A stretch of 48,967 nucleotides of DNA from Thermodesulfobacteriota bacterium (GCA_041572575.1 JBFFSH010000010.1:1-48967), one strand, 5' to 3'. Positions 19,927 through 30,270 are shown, counted from the stretch's first letter. The notes: a model not told the origin generated them from the sequence alone. Numbers and translations are program-made.

Positions 19927-21411
19927 TTGCTGAACCTATTATTTGTTGCTGCAGAAATGGACCCGCTTGTTAAAGTAGGCGGCCTTGGTGATGTTATGTG
20001 GGGTCTGCCTAAAAAGCTAAAAGACAATGACTGTAAAATTCGTATAGTGCTACCAAATTACAGAACAGTTAAAGAAAATATTGAGAGTATGAATCTTGAA
20101 TCTGTAGACAAAGAAATGAAATTCAAGATCGATATATCAGGTCTAAAATTCGAATTTAAAATAACTCAGTATAGGCTTAACGATATCAGACTCATTCTGT
20201 TGGATAATGAATATTTTTTTGATAGAGAGCATGTATATTGTACTCCTCATGGAGACTATGAAGATAATTACCTAAGATTCGGCGCTTTCTGTTTGGCATC
20301 TCTCGAAGCCTCAAGAATTCTTAAGTTCAAGCCCGATATTATTCACTGCCATGACTGGCATACTGCTTTTATCCCAATATTTCTAAAGAACAGCACTAAC
20401 CTCATAAGACATCATTCATACTTTGAAAATTCTAAGATTGTATTTTCTATTCACAACATTGCATATCAGGGAGTGTACGATATGCATCAATTTAAAATAT
20501 TTAAGTTTGCGTCATATCTTTATTCACCTTTTGGCATCGAATACTATGGCAAGATTAATATCATGAAAGGAGGAATTATTTATTCAGACCTGGTAACCAC
20601 TGTAAGCCCTACATACAGCAAGGAAATTAAGACTCCTCTTATCGGAAAGGGACTCGAAGGAGTGATCACCGATATTTCAGAAAGACGTAATAATCTCGTA
20701 GGAATCCTAAACGGAATTGACTACGACAAATGGAACCCCGAGACAGATAAAAATTTGTATTATAATTTCAGCTTGGACGATCTCAGCGGTAAGCTCAGAA
20801 ACAAATTCGACCTTAAAGCGCAGTTCAATCTTAGCACAGGTAATGATAAACCGCTTATTGGTATGGTATGCAGACTTGCAGAACAAAAAGGTGTTGATTT
20901 GGTTATAGAATCATTAGAACGAATAATTAAAATGGGTTTCCAGTTAATTATTATAGGCTCCGGAGAACAGCGATATATAGATATGATTGATGAACAGAAT
21001 AAAATACATGAAGGCAATTTCTCCGGTCTTGTGAAATATAATGACAAAATAGCTAGAAGGATTTACGCAGGTTCAGACATATTTCTTATGCCTTCTAGGT
21101 TTGAACCCTGCGGTCTTGGACAGATCATTGCTCTTAGATACGGCACCATACCTGTGGTAAGAAAAACAGGAGGACTTATAGATACAATTATTGACTATCC
21201 TTCACATATTAATAACGGATACGGTTTTATATTCGATGAATTCAGCATAGCAGATCTTTTATCCTGTCTTAGAAAAGTTTATAAAGTCTATGGTGATTCT
21301 GAACAGTGGCTTACCTTAATAAGACGTGCCATGAAGGTGCGTTTTTCATGGGATGATACAAGCAAGATCTATATTCATGAGTACAAAAAACTCATGGAAC
21401 TAAAATTTTGA
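19927..21411 (+). CDS. glgA: Glycogen synthase (ADP-glucose type, GT5); TTG start
   Basis: KVGGLGDV, HCHDWHT, HNIAYQG, RLAEQKG, PSRFEPCGL. Confidence 0.95.
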   Translation: MLNLLFVAAEMDPLVKVGGLGDVMWGLPKKLKDNDCKIRIVLPNYRTVKENIESMNLESVDKEMKFKIDISGLKFEFKITQYRLNDIRLILLDNEYFFDREHVYCTPHGDYEDNYLRFGAFCLASLEASRILKFKPDIIHCHDWHTAFIPIFLKNSTNLIRHHSYFENSKIVFSIHNIAYQGVYDMHQFKIFKFASYLYSPFGIEYYGKINIMKGGIIYSDLVTTVSPTYSKEIKTPLIGKGLEGVITDISERRNNLVGILNGIDYDKWNPETDKNLYYNFSLDDLSGKLRNKFDLKAQFNLSTGNDKPLIGMVCRLAEQKGVDLVIESLERIIKMGFQLIIIGSGEQRYIDMIDEQNKIHEGNFSGLVKYNDKIARRIYAGSDIFLMPSRFEPCGLGQIIALRYGTIPVVRKTGGLIDTIIDYPSHINNGYGFIFDEFSIADLLSCLRKVYKVYGDSEQWLTLIRRAMKVRFSWDDTSKIYIHEYKKLMELKF

Positions 21412-21551
21412 AGCAAGTGAAGTATATACAAAATAATTTAACATATATTAAATAAGAAAATTATTATATGTAATTCTCAGTATATTCGTAAGTAACTGAA
21501 TTGGCTATTGCAGGAAAACAGGGAAAGATACAGGAAAATACTAAAATAACC

Positions 21552-21595
21552 TTCAGGACGCGAAGACCGCGGGTTCGAGCTCAGTGTCACACCGA
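21552..21595 (+). repeat. Decayed copy of the tRNA-Pro 3' half (old attR)
   Basis: ttcaggacgcgaagaccgcgggttcgagctcagtgtcacaccga aligns to 11202-11243 at 34/42 identities plus a 2-nt insertion (manual count). Confidence 0.75.
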
Positions 21596-21651
21596 GACTG
21601 CATACTATAATTAATATTAAACAGCTTTTGATCCATGAAATTTCTAATTAA

Positions 21652-22365
21652 TTATCCAGCCAAGCCCTTTAACCAAAAACCAATAAAGTAAGCAATCGAT
21701 GCCGCTACTCCTCCAATTATCAGTGTTTCCAAGCCTGATAAAAACCATTTTTTATCTACTATGTTTGCTTTAATGGAACCCACGAGAAAAAGAGCAATAG
21801 AGGTGAAGATTATAGAAGTGATAAATGCAGATTCTTTAAAGAATGGGAAAAAGTAATATAGTATAAACGAGAAAAGCGGTATTATTCCCATGATATTAAA
21901 GGCTATAAAAGTCGTAAGCGCTGCTTTGATGGGTGATTTAGTCTCTTCTATAATACCAAACTCATCTGTCATCATCGTGTCAATCCAGATTTTTTTATTA
22001 CTGGTTATCACATCAACTGTTTTTTGCAAATGATCACCTGAAAACCCTTTTTGTTTATAAATCTCATGTATTTCCTCGCGTTCTTCTTCCGGTTTTTCAA
22101 TGATTGAGTTTTCTTCAGCTCTTCTGATTTTATTTGCAAATTCTATATGAGATTTGGTTCCAAGATAATTCCCTACAGCCATGGAAAATCCGTCGGCGAA
22201 TAAATTTGCAAATCCTAAAACAAGCACAATCCCGGGCGATAGAGAAGCACCGGATACCCCTGCTACAACCGCAAAAGTTGTAACAGCGCCATCAATACCT
22301 CCGTATACGAAATCGGACACTAAAACACTGTGCATAGTAGATATCTTCTTCATTTTATGAGCCAA
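21652..22365 (-). CDS. VIT1/CCC1 family Fe/Mn transporter
   Basis: DFVYGGIDGAVTTFAVVAG, GFANLFADGFSMAVGNYL; start uncertain (ATG 22359 or 22350). Confidence 0.9.
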   Translation of the reverse strand: MAHKMKKISTMHSVLVSDFVYGGIDGAVTTFAVVAGVSGASLSPGIVLVLGFANLFADGFSMAVGNYLGTKSHIEFANKIRRAEENSIIEKPEEEREEIHEIYKQKGFSGDHLQKTVDVITSNKKIWIDTMMTDEFGIIEETKSPIKAALTTFIAFNIMGIIPLFSFILYYFFPFFKESAFITSIIFTSIALFLVGSIKANIVDKKWFLSGLETLIIGGVAASIAYFIGFWLKGLAG

Positions 22366-22469
22366 AAAATCTAAATTAATGATTAAATATCATTTATTAT
22401 TATATTAGAATTTAGCGTAATTCCTTTATATTATTACATTATGTTGCTGAATTATCTACTAAGCTTACA

Positions 22470-23894
22470 CTATCCGGACAGCGGCCCAATGAGTTTTATA
22501 TCTTTTTTGGACTTAATTTCTTTAGTTTGTAAATCAATAAAATCGATTTCTATCGATTTCGTGCCCGTTTCATTTATAACTTCATAAGGAAATTTTAAAA
22601 AGAAATGAACCGTAATATCCTTACCCGCAAAAATTTGGATATCCTTATTTTGTGAAATGATTTCTATCTGACCATCATTCCATTTCTCTGATATTTTTAA
22701 TTGGATTATTGAATCCTCGAATGTCTGATTTTTAAGATGTAGTTTGAAATGATTGATAATTTTTTTATCACTACCTTCCTGCACTACCTGATAAGGTACA
22801 TCTTTTCCTCTGAGCATGGTAACCAACAAATCCTGTCTTTTGGAAACATTAATTATTAATAGTGAAAAAATTAGAATTAAAAGTACCGAATATAGAGCTA
22901 TTCTTGGTTTTAATAATTTTGAAGTAAATCCATTTAAGCTGTTTGCCGAAACATATCGTATCAGGCCTTTTGGTTTATCAATATGTTCCATAACTTCATC
23001 ACATGCATCAATGCATGCCGTGCATCCCACGCATTCCATCTGCAGACCACTCCTAATATCTATCCCCGTAGGACAGACCGATACGCATTTATAGCAGTCA
23101 ATACAGTCTCCTGCTTTATTAGCTGCATCTACAGTTCCTTTTCTGGGCTCTCCCCTGTTATAATCATATGCAACTGTTACAGAATCATCATCCATAAGGA
23201 CCGACTGAATCCTTCCATAAGGACACATAATAATGCAGAACTGCTCTCTAAACCATCCGAAATCAAATAAAATTACAGATGAGATAAAAAACATTATTAC
23301 AAAAATTGTCCAGTTTTCCTGAGGGTTGTGTTGAGTCATCTCAACAAGTCTTTCAGCACCTACAAAATATGCCAGAAAACTGTGTGTGATAATGAGGCTA
23401 ACCAAAGTAAAGAAAAACCAGGTAATTGAATATTTTAATATCTTTTCTTGATTCCAGGGAGCTTTTGCAAGGTTCATCTGCTTTATATGGCTGCCAATTA
23501 TCAGGTGCTCTATTCTTCTGAATACCCCATCTACAAAAACTGTCTGAGGACAACCCCACCCACACCAAACCCTCCCGTATACAGCAGTCATAAAGGCAAG
23601 GCCAATGGTAAGAATTGCGAGTATATAAAAAATTAAAGGGCCGTCATGAGCCCAGAATGTAAGACCGAAGATCGAAAACCTTCTGTTGGGTATATCAAAT
23701 AATAGAGCCTGGTATCCATTTACCTTTAACCAGGGTAAAACAAGAAGAATAGTAATCAGTATAACCTGTGTCAGGGTTCTCCATTTTCTAAAAAGTCCTC
23801 TAACCTTCTCCGGAAATATATATACCCTTTTGCCTGTCTCATCCAGTGTGGACAGGCGTTGGTCAGGCAACTCTCTTTTATTGAGAACCTTCAT
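22470..23894 (-). CDS. ccoG: Cytochrome cbb3 accessory protein CcoG (4Fe-4S, copper reductase)
   Basis: GRVWCGWGCPQT, FCIIMCPYGR, DCIDCYKCVSVCPTGIDIR, ECVGCTACIDAC. Confidence 0.95.
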   Translation of the reverse strand: MKVLNKRELPDQRLSTLDETGKRVYIFPEKVRGLFRKWRTLTQVILITILLVLPWLKVNGYQALLFDIPNRRFSIFGLTFWAHDGPLIFYILAILTIGLAFMTAVYGRVWCGWGCPQTVFVDGVFRRIEHLIIGSHIKQMNLAKAPWNQEKILKYSITWFFFTLVSLIITHSFLAYFVGAERLVEMTQHNPQENWTIFVIMFFISSVILFDFGWFREQFCIIMCPYGRIQSVLMDDDSVTVAYDYNRGEPRKGTVDAANKAGDCIDCYKCVSVCPTGIDIRSGLQMECVGCTACIDACDEVMEHIDKPKGLIRYVSANSLNGFTSKLLKPRIALYSVLLILIFSLLIINVSKRQDLLVTMLRGKDVPYQVVQEGSDKKIINHFKLHLKNQTFEDSIIQLKISEKWNDGQIEIISQNKDIQIFAGKDITVHFFLKFPYEVINETGTKSIEIDFIDLQTKEIKSKKDIKLIGPLSG

Positions 23895-23895
23895 T

Positions 23896-24474
23896 TTATT
23901 TGGTTATTTTCTCACCCTGAGGCGGTTTTGCCCCCGGAGGATTAGATCCTCTAATACTATAAATATATACTGATACTTTCTCTAGTAATTTTACATCAAT
24001 CACACCTTTCCACGGAGGCATACCTTTATCCAGAACACCTTCATTGGCAATTTTAAGTATAGATGTTATTGAGCCGTCACCATGTATCCAGTAATCATCG
24101 GTCATATTAGGACCGATCAGTCCCTGGGCCTCCGCTCCATGACAAGCTGCACATTTTATAATATATTCAGCTTTTCCAGCCGATAAAGCTTCTTGGTCAT
24201 TAACCAGAGCGAGCAGACTATCTTCGGATCTTACCTGCATTGTATCTTCAAACTTAGCCTGGAGGGTTTGTATTGACTCCATATCTTTCATTAAATATTC
24301 TTCAGATGTTGGGCCTGAGCCAAATTGATAATAGACCCAGTAAATTACAGCAAATATAACAGTCAGGTAAAAAGTCGTAAGCCACCATCCGGGTAGAGGA
24401 TTATCAAGCTCACGAATACCGTCATACTCATGACCTTCAATTGGCTTATCTTCATTTTGGTTTTCATTGCTCAT
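23896..24474 (-). CDS. ccoP: cbb3 oxidase subunit III, monoheme
   Basis: HEYDGIRELDNPLPGWW, single CAACH, GPNMTDDYWIHG, KGMPPW. Confidence 0.93.
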   Translation of the reverse strand: MSNENQNEDKPIEGHEYDGIRELDNPLPGWWLTTFYLTVIFAVIYWVYYQFGSGPTSEEYLMKDMESIQTLQAKFEDTMQVRSEDSLLALVNDQEALSAGKAEYIIKCAACHGAEAQGLIGPNMTDDYWIHGDGSITSILKIANEGVLDKGMPPWKGVIDVKLLEKVSVYIYSIRGSNPPGAKPPQGEKITK

Positions 24475-24644
24475 GATTTATTTTCCTCCTTTTCTAGAGG
24501 TAGTTTTTCAAGTTCCTTATAAATCTCTTCATTAGATTTTCTATACGTGGAAAGTACTATGGCAATAAATGCAGTAAAGAAAATCAAAAGTGCAATTGCC
24601 ACAAGATATGTATGCTCATAATATGCAAGTGCAATCTGTTTCAT
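24471..24644 (-). CDS. ccoQ: cbb3 oxidase small subunit CcoQ, 57 aa (missing from the ORF track)
   Basis: MKQIALAYYEHTYLVAIALLIFFTAFIAIVLSTYRKSNEEIYKELEKLPLEKEENKS*; one TM, C-terminal LPL, GGAG RBS, ATGA overlap with ccoP. Confidence 0.85.
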   Translation of the reverse strand: MKQIALAYYEHTYLVAIALLIFFTAFIAIVLSTYRKSNEEIYKELEKLPLEKEENKS

Positions 24645-24645
24645 T

Positions 24646-26799
24646 TTATTCTCCTTGTACTATCTTTTCTGTTTTTTTGCCAAGACTCTGCATGTAAGCA
24701 ATCATTGCAAGTACCTGGGTATCTTTTATCCTTTTAAGCGATGGATCTTGTTCCACAAGACCTTTAAGAATATCGTCTGCCTGCTTCTGTGCATGAATGT
24801 CGGCGTTGGCTACAACATCCTGTTCATAAGGAACACCGAGTTTCTTCATTACGCTTAGTTTCTTTCTGCTATTTAGATAGTCGATCTTCTTCACGGCAAG
24901 CCATGGGTATGAAGGCATAATAGAATTTGGAGAGATCTCTCTTGGGTTAATAAAATGCCTCAGATGCCATAGGTCGGGATATTTGCCGCCCACCCTAGCT
25001 AAATCAGGCCCGGTCCTCTTGGATCCCCACTGAAATGGTCTGTTATACATGGATTCCTCAATAGTAGAATGAGGTCCAAATCTGAGTACATCAAACTGAA
25101 GCTTCCTTATCATTTGAGAGTGACACGTATAACACCCTTCGCTTATATAGATGTCTCTGCCCTCAAGCTCAAGAGGCGTAAACGGTTTGGTTGCAACATT
25201 TGCGGGTACGTATTTATGTATAGAAAGTGTGGGAATGATTTCTATCACAGACCCCACTATGATGGACACGAATACAAGAACTGTAAAAACAGCTCCAAGC
25301 CCTTCGATTTTTCTGTGTCCGGTTCCAAGGTCTGAACTGCTATGACTTGGTGCAGGTGCGGTAAAAGTCTCGGCTTTTGATTCTTTAGGAGCGATTTTTA
25401 CTGTCATCCATACATTGTAAATAAGCATGATATAGCCAATAAGGAATAACAATCCACCTATGAATCTGACATAATAAAGAGGCACTATTCTCATTACGGT
25501 TTCAACAAAATCCGGATATACAAGCTGCCCGGAATCATCAATTGCCTGCCACATCAACCCCTGTGTAATACCACTTGCCCACATAGAAATGTAGTAAAGC
25601 AGTATTCCTACAAGGGCAATCCAGAAGTGATTTACCACAAGCTTGTGACTATAGATTTTTGTGTTCCATATTTTTGGTACCAGAAAATAAATTATTCCAA
25701 AAGTAAGAAATCCATTCCATCCGAGTGTTCCGCCATGAACGTGCCCTATGATCCAGTCTGTGTAATGTGCAAGAGAATTTACAGACTTTATTGATAGAAG
25801 CGGGCCTTCGAAAGTTGACATTCCATAAAAAGTAACTGCCGCTACCAAAAACTTGATTATCGGATCTGTACGAAGCAGGTGCCATGCGCCTCTAAGCGTA
25901 AGAAGACCATTTATCATCCCCCCCCAGCTAGGGGCCCAAAGCATTACGCTGAAAACCATACCCAGAGTTTGTGCCCAGTCGGGAAGAGCAGAATTGAGCA
26001 GATGATGTGGACCAGCCCAAATGTAAAGAAATACAAGGGCCCAGAAATGAATAATAGACAACTTGTAACTATATACAGGTCTGTTTGATGCCTTCGGAAT
26101 ATAATAATACATCAAACCCAAAAATGGAGTCGTAAGGAAAAAAGCGACTGCGTTGTGCCCATACCACCACTGAACAAGCGCATCCTGAATACCTGCATAT
26201 ACCGGATAACTCTTTAGCATTGTTACTGGTATTTCAATTGAATTAACTATGTGCAAAACGGCTACAGTGATAATAGTTGCTATATAAAACCATATTGCGA
26301 CATAAAGATGCTGAATTCTTCTTATAGCTATGGTTCCAAAAAAGTTTACTGCAAAAATTACCCATACCACTGCAATTGCAATATCAATCGGCCATTCAAG
26401 CTCTGCATATTCTTTTCCGTGTGAGTAACCTAGCGGAAGGGTAATTAGAGCAGATAGAATAATTAACTGCCATCCCCAAAAATGAACATTGGATAAGAAA
26501 TCTGAGTATAGTCTTGTTTTCAGAAGCCTTTGCAGGGAATGATATATACCCATGAATATGGCATTTCCGCCAAATGCAAATATTGCAGCATTTGTATGAA
26601 GCGGTCTTATACGTCCAAAGGTAAGCCATTCAAGGTCGAGGTTGGCTTGCCAGAAAGCCAGCTGCAGTGCTGCAAGCAAGCCAACTATAAATGCTGCCGC
26701 TCCCCAGAATATAGTTGCTGTTAAAAACTTCTTAACAATCAGATCATCATACTCAAATGTTTCCAACTGAGATGCAGATGTGGTTTTAGCCTCACTCAT
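24646..26799 (-). CDS. ccoNO: cbb3 oxidase fused subunits I and II (CcoN-CcoO)
   Basis: GRIRPLHTNA, QWWYGHNAV, WAGPHHL, IIGHVHGG, then EGCYTCHSQMIR and WGSKRTGPDL in the same frame. Confidence 0.97.
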   Translation of the reverse strand: MSEAKTTSASQLETFEYDDLIVKKFLTATIFWGAAAFIVGLLAALQLAFWQANLDLEWLTFGRIRPLHTNAAIFAFGGNAIFMGIYHSLQRLLKTRLYSDFLSNVHFWGWQLIILSALITLPLGYSHGKEYAELEWPIDIAIAVVWVIFAVNFFGTIAIRRIQHLYVAIWFYIATIITVAVLHIVNSIEIPVTMLKSYPVYAGIQDALVQWWYGHNAVAFFLTTPFLGLMYYYIPKASNRPVYSYKLSIIHFWALVFLYIWAGPHHLLNSALPDWAQTLGMVFSVMLWAPSWGGMINGLLTLRGAWHLLRTDPIIKFLVAAVTFYGMSTFEGPLLSIKSVNSLAHYTDWIIGHVHGGTLGWNGFLTFGIIYFLVPKIWNTKIYSHKLVVNHFWIALVGILLYYISMWASGITQGLMWQAIDDSGQLVYPDFVETVMRIVPLYYVRFIGGLLFLIGYIMLIYNVWMTVKIAPKESKAETFTAPAPSHSSSDLGTGHRKIEGLGAVFTVLVFVSIIVGSVIEIIPTLSIHKYVPANVATKPFTPLELEGRDIYISEGCYTCHSQMIRKLQFDVLRFGPHSTIEESMYNRPFQWGSKRTGPDLARVGGKYPDLWHLRHFINPREISPNSIMPSYPWLAVKKIDYLNSRKKLSVMKKLGVPYEQDVVANADIHAQKQADDILKGLVEQDPSLKRIKDTQVLAMIAYMQSLGKKTEKIVQGE

Positions 26800-26974
26800 T
26801 TGTTCTATCCTCCGTCTTTAATTTTCTTTTTTGTTTTTCATTATCCAATATTGCCCTGTGAGAGGGTGTGACAAGGTCATCGTACTGTCCCTTTTTTGTT
26901 GACCATATAAAAAACAGTAGAAATGATAATGACAAAAGAAGCGATACTCCCAGAGTAAAGAAAATAATGTTCAT
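26792..26974 (-). CDS. ccoS: cbb3 maturation protein CcoS
   Basis: TM followed by FIWSTKKGQYDDL..P..RAILD. Confidence 0.92.
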   Translation of the reverse strand: MNIIFFTLGVSLLLSLSFLLFFIWSTKKGQYDDLVTPSHRAILDNEKQKRKLKTEDRTNE

Positions 26975-29202
26975 TTGGTTTGTAAGCCCCCTGCTTTATT
27001 CTTAGACATGCCTATTAAGGAGCTGCCTAGGAGAAGTACAGAGCTAAGTGGCATTAGAACGGCTGCCAAAAGAGGGTTTATATATCCCATTAATGCCAGC
27101 ATGCCGGCAGATACGTTATATATCACTGAAAGTATAGTATTAGTTTTGATAGTGCTGTTTGTAATATTTGCGTGCTTAATGATTTCCAGTATTGATGAGA
27201 GGCTGTTTCTAAGTATATAAATATCTGAGACTTTGAGGCTCTGTTCAGCACTTCCCTGAACAGCAATTCCTATATCGGCATTTAAAAGAGCCCCTGCATC
27301 GTTTAGGCCGTCTCCAACAAACATTGAGCCTTTCTTGGTTTTAATAAAATCTATTTTCTGCTCGGGAGTTAGTCCAGAAAGTGAATTGCCGGTGGGAATT
27401 GAGAGCATGCTTGATACAAGCTCGACATTACCCTTTCTGTCTCCAGATAGCATATAAATATCATATTTGTCCTTGGAGAGCTGATTTAAGGTGTCAAAAG
27501 CGTCATCTTTTATTTCATCTCCCAGATAAATAGTCGATAATTTCTGTCCGTCTTTTATTACCGATACACAATTTGAAACAGCAGATGCAGAATTATAAAT
27601 CTTTGCACTTTTATCATCTGAATAAATTTCATATGTATGGCCTCCTACCTCTGCCTTAATTCCTCTGGAATGAATGTTTTCTAAATTCATTACCTCAGGA
27701 AGATTAAGCCTGTCTAAAGTCAGACTACTAACTATCGCTCTAGCTACGGGATGATGAGACTTACTCTCAATTGCCAGGATTGCCGAAAGATCTTCTGCTG
27801 ATAAATTCTTTTTATCCCACTGTACTATATTGAATTTACCTTTTGTTAAGGTACCGGTCTTATCAAAAACAACATTTCTAACTGACCTAATCTTCTCAAA
27901 TATATTTGAATCTTTAATAATGAATCCTTTTTTAACAGCGGACTTAAGGGAGAGTCCAAACGTAAGCGGGAGTATAAAAACAAATGCACATGGACAGGCA
28001 ATGAGGACAAAAGAGACTATTCTTTTTAACGCTTCATGGGTTCCATATATGTTTGCTATAGAGAAGAACCCGGCAATGGATACAACCGCAACAAAAGACG
28101 TAAAGATAGTTGAATATCTGTCACTAAAACCCTCAAAGCTTATTTTTTGTTCATAGTTTTCTTTTACCTTATCAAGAACTTTGCCAAGCCTTGTTTCAAT
28201 ACCGGTGTTAATTACTTTTAGTTCTGCTTGCTCAGAGTCCAGTATTGATCCGGCAAAGACATCTGAATTTTCTAAGACAGTTTTTGGAATTGCCTCTCCC
28301 GTTAAAACCGAGAGATCAAATACTGCAATGTGATTTAATAGTATGCCATCCACCGGCACTCTCTGTCCTCTGTCAAGCTTTACTAAATCTCCTGATTTGA
28401 GTTCAGAAATAGGATAGAACCCATAAGTGCTTGTATGAGTATCGTATTTAAGAATCTTATTATCCTTTAGAAGTGAGCTAAACAAGTCGGTGTCTGAGAT
28501 TAGCTTGTTCTGAAAAGACCTAATAAGATATCTGCTTACAAGAAGCAGAAATACAAATATGGTTATTGAGTCATAGTAAACCCCGCCTATACCTTTTATT
28601 AAATTATAAGTGCTTAAAATGAATCCAATTAATACAACAAATACTACAGGGAAATCAACTGTAGCTTTAAGGGCTCTTATTGAGGAATAGGCATTTTTAT
28701 AAAATGGAAAACTACAGTATGTTACAACAGGAATGGATAAAAACAGATTAATGATTTCAAAATTATTTCTAAAAATTCCCTCCGCTCCTGAGTAAATGGC
28801 CGCAGAAAGAAGCATGATATTACCTGCACATACCCCAGATATCCCTATGCGGTATAAACTATCCTTGTTTTCTAGTTTCTTTATATTTTTTGCGTCACTA
28901 CTATCTTTAATTGGATATGCCTTATATCCAAGGTTACTTACAAGTTGAGGGAATTTCGAATAACAATCAGCACTTGAAAATTCCACGTCGGCTATGTTTG
29001 TAGACATATTGAGGGTTACGCTTTTAATAAAATCAGATTTAGAAGGGATTTCTTCCAATACTCCCAGACATCCTGAACAGTGAACACCCTCTATATAGAA
29101 GCTCATTCTTAGAGGTGAATCTGCTGATGTATATAGATCTTTAAAATTTGAATTGTCCAGATACTTATAATCTTCCAGTTTACTAGTCGTAGTATTGATC
29201 AT
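26971..29202 (-). CDS. ccoI: P1B-type copper ATPase CcoI/FixI
   Basis: GVHCSGC, LTGE, IACPCA, FDKTGTLT, HHP, VGDGLNDA; first gene of the cco operon. Confidence 0.92.
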   Translation of the reverse strand: MINTTTSKLEDYKYLDNSNFKDLYTSADSPLRMSFYIEGVHCSGCLGVLEEIPSKSDFIKSVTLNMSTNIADVEFSSADCYSKFPQLVSNLGYKAYPIKDSSDAKNIKKLENKDSLYRIGISGVCAGNIMLLSAAIYSGAEGIFRNNFEIINLFLSIPVVTYCSFPFYKNAYSSIRALKATVDFPVVFVVLIGFILSTYNLIKGIGGVYYDSITIFVFLLLVSRYLIRSFQNKLISDTDLFSSLLKDNKILKYDTHTSTYGFYPISELKSGDLVKLDRGQRVPVDGILLNHIAVFDLSVLTGEAIPKTVLENSDVFAGSILDSEQAELKVINTGIETRLGKVLDKVKENYEQKISFEGFSDRYSTIFTSFVAVVSIAGFFSIANIYGTHEALKRIVSFVLIACPCAFVFILPLTFGLSLKSAVKKGFIIKDSNIFEKIRSVRNVVFDKTGTLTKGKFNIVQWDKKNLSAEDLSAILAIESKSHHPVARAIVSSLTLDRLNLPEVMNLENIHSRGIKAEVGGHTYEIYSDDKSAKIYNSASAVSNCVSVIKDGQKLSTIYLGDEIKDDAFDTLNQLSKDKYDIYMLSGDRKGNVELVSSMLSIPTGNSLSGLTPEQKIDFIKTKKGSMFVGDGLNDAGALLNADIGIAVQGSAEQSLKVSDIYILRNSLSSILEIIKHANITNSTIKTNTILSVIYNVSAGMLALMGYINPLLAAVLMPLSSVLLLGSSLIGMSKNKAGGLQTK

Positions 29203-29259
29203 ATGTGTAGTTATATTTATTTGTTCTAGAACTCAAGAAACGTCTTTGAGAAGAATAAA

Positions 29260-29275
29260 AGCAATAAATATGCCA
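29260..29275 (-). promoter_or_regulatory. Sigma54 -24/-12 promoter of the cco operon
   Basis: Minus strand TGGCATATTTATTGCT, 58 bp upstream of ccoI. Confidence 0.85.
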
Positions 29276-29429
29276 GTATGTCTTGGCTAGATTTCAGTCA
29301 AGAGCATGTGGGTTAATTATTTATTGATATACTATTTACCAAATAGTAATCACTAAGCAAGTCTGCTATTTCTTTATAATTACATATTTATTATATTTTG
29401 AATTTAACAGTATTTGCAATTTCAACAGT

Positions 29430-29453
29430 TGTCTGATATTAAGACATCAGACA
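29430..29453. promoter_or_regulatory. Putative activator binding site (UAS), TGT-N11-ACA-N4-ACA
   Basis: TGTCTGATATTAAGACA-tcag-ACA between divergent sigma54 promoters. Confidence 0.7.
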
Positions 29454-29506
29454 TAAATCCCTCAGGCGAGATCCCTTAATATTTATGAAATACTCAATTT
29501 AATTGT

Positions 29507-29522
29507 TGGCATGGACATTGCA
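29507..29522 (+). promoter_or_regulatory. Sigma54 promoter of the OMP gene
   Basis: TGGCATGGACATTGCA. Confidence 0.85.
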
Positions 29523-29537
29523 CTTAATATATTTATG

Positions 29538-29551
29538 AGTGAGTGCTCACT
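29538..29551. promoter_or_regulatory. Palindrome, putative TetR operator
   Basis: AGTGAG-tg-CTCACT just downstream of the predicted +1; near-identical site at 31025-31038. Confidence 0.6.
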
Positions 29552-29613
29552 TCTTTGCGTGGTCAGACTATATAATGGCAGCAGTCACTTAAAAATATTA
29601 TGGAGGCAAGATT

Positions 29614-30270
29614 ATGGAAAAATCATTTAGATTTATTTTAGTTGCGTTAATTGCAACATGTTTTTTTGCGGCTTCAGGTGTACGTTCTTTTGCGGAGCAA
29701 CCCATGGGCGGGGAGTTTGCTCTAACATTTGGCGCTCAAACAGGACCTTTTGAAATGGGTACCGGCTGGCACCTTGCTGGTGAAATTGGCCTTCCGCTTA
29801 TGATGTTCAGCTCTGGAAAACTAATGGGTCTTGTTAACATAGGCGTTTCTAATGCCGAAGATGATATCTCAGTTGAACCTACCGTAAATGCCCTATCCCC
29901 AGGCCTACTTCCCACACAGACCACAATTGACCTCACTACAGCTGTTATAGTTTTGGGCCTGAAGTATAAACATACGGCACATGATATTATTCAGCCGTAT
30001 GTACTTGCAGGACCTGGTATTGATATATTCTTTAACGATACTGAGCCCGGTGATCTCCCCGGAGGAATCGCACCTCAACCAGAGGAAATAAGACAAAGAG
30101 GATTTCCGGGTGGACAGGGTAATGTGGAGCTCGGTCTACATGCAGGAGGTGGTATCGATATTAACATCACAGAAAAAATATTTATCGGTGCCGAAGGCAG
30201 GTTTAACTGGGTTGACAGAGATAACGGTTCTTACGGTACTTATGGTGGCAGATTAGGTTTTAGATTCTGA
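29614..30270 (+). CDS. Outer-membrane beta-barrel protein (OmpW/OmpA-like)
   Basis: Signal peptide, QPYVLAGPG, alternating beta pattern, terminal GFRF. Confidence 0.8.
   Translation: MEKSFRFILVALIATCFFAASGVRSFAEQPMGGEFALTFGAQTGPFEMGTGWHLAGEIGLPLMMFSSGKLMGLVNIGVSNAEDDISVEPTVNALSPGLLPTQTTIDLTTAVIVLGLKYKHTAHDIIQPYVLAGPGIDIFFNDTEPGDLPGGIAPQPEEIRQRGFPGGQGNVELGLHAGGGIDINITEKIFIGAEGRFNWVDRDNGSYGTYGGRLGFRF

Noticed and set aside
21509..21540. Short CAGGAAAA repeats as a CRISPR or iteron array
   Set aside because: Only 2-3 imperfect 8-mers with no spacer structure; more likely debris of an element end. No CRISPR array was seen in the window.
29203..29613. FNR/FixK box (TTGAT-N4-ATCAA) upstream of the cco operon
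   Set aside because: No convincing match found by eye; sigma54 and TGT-N11-ACA motifs are present instead.
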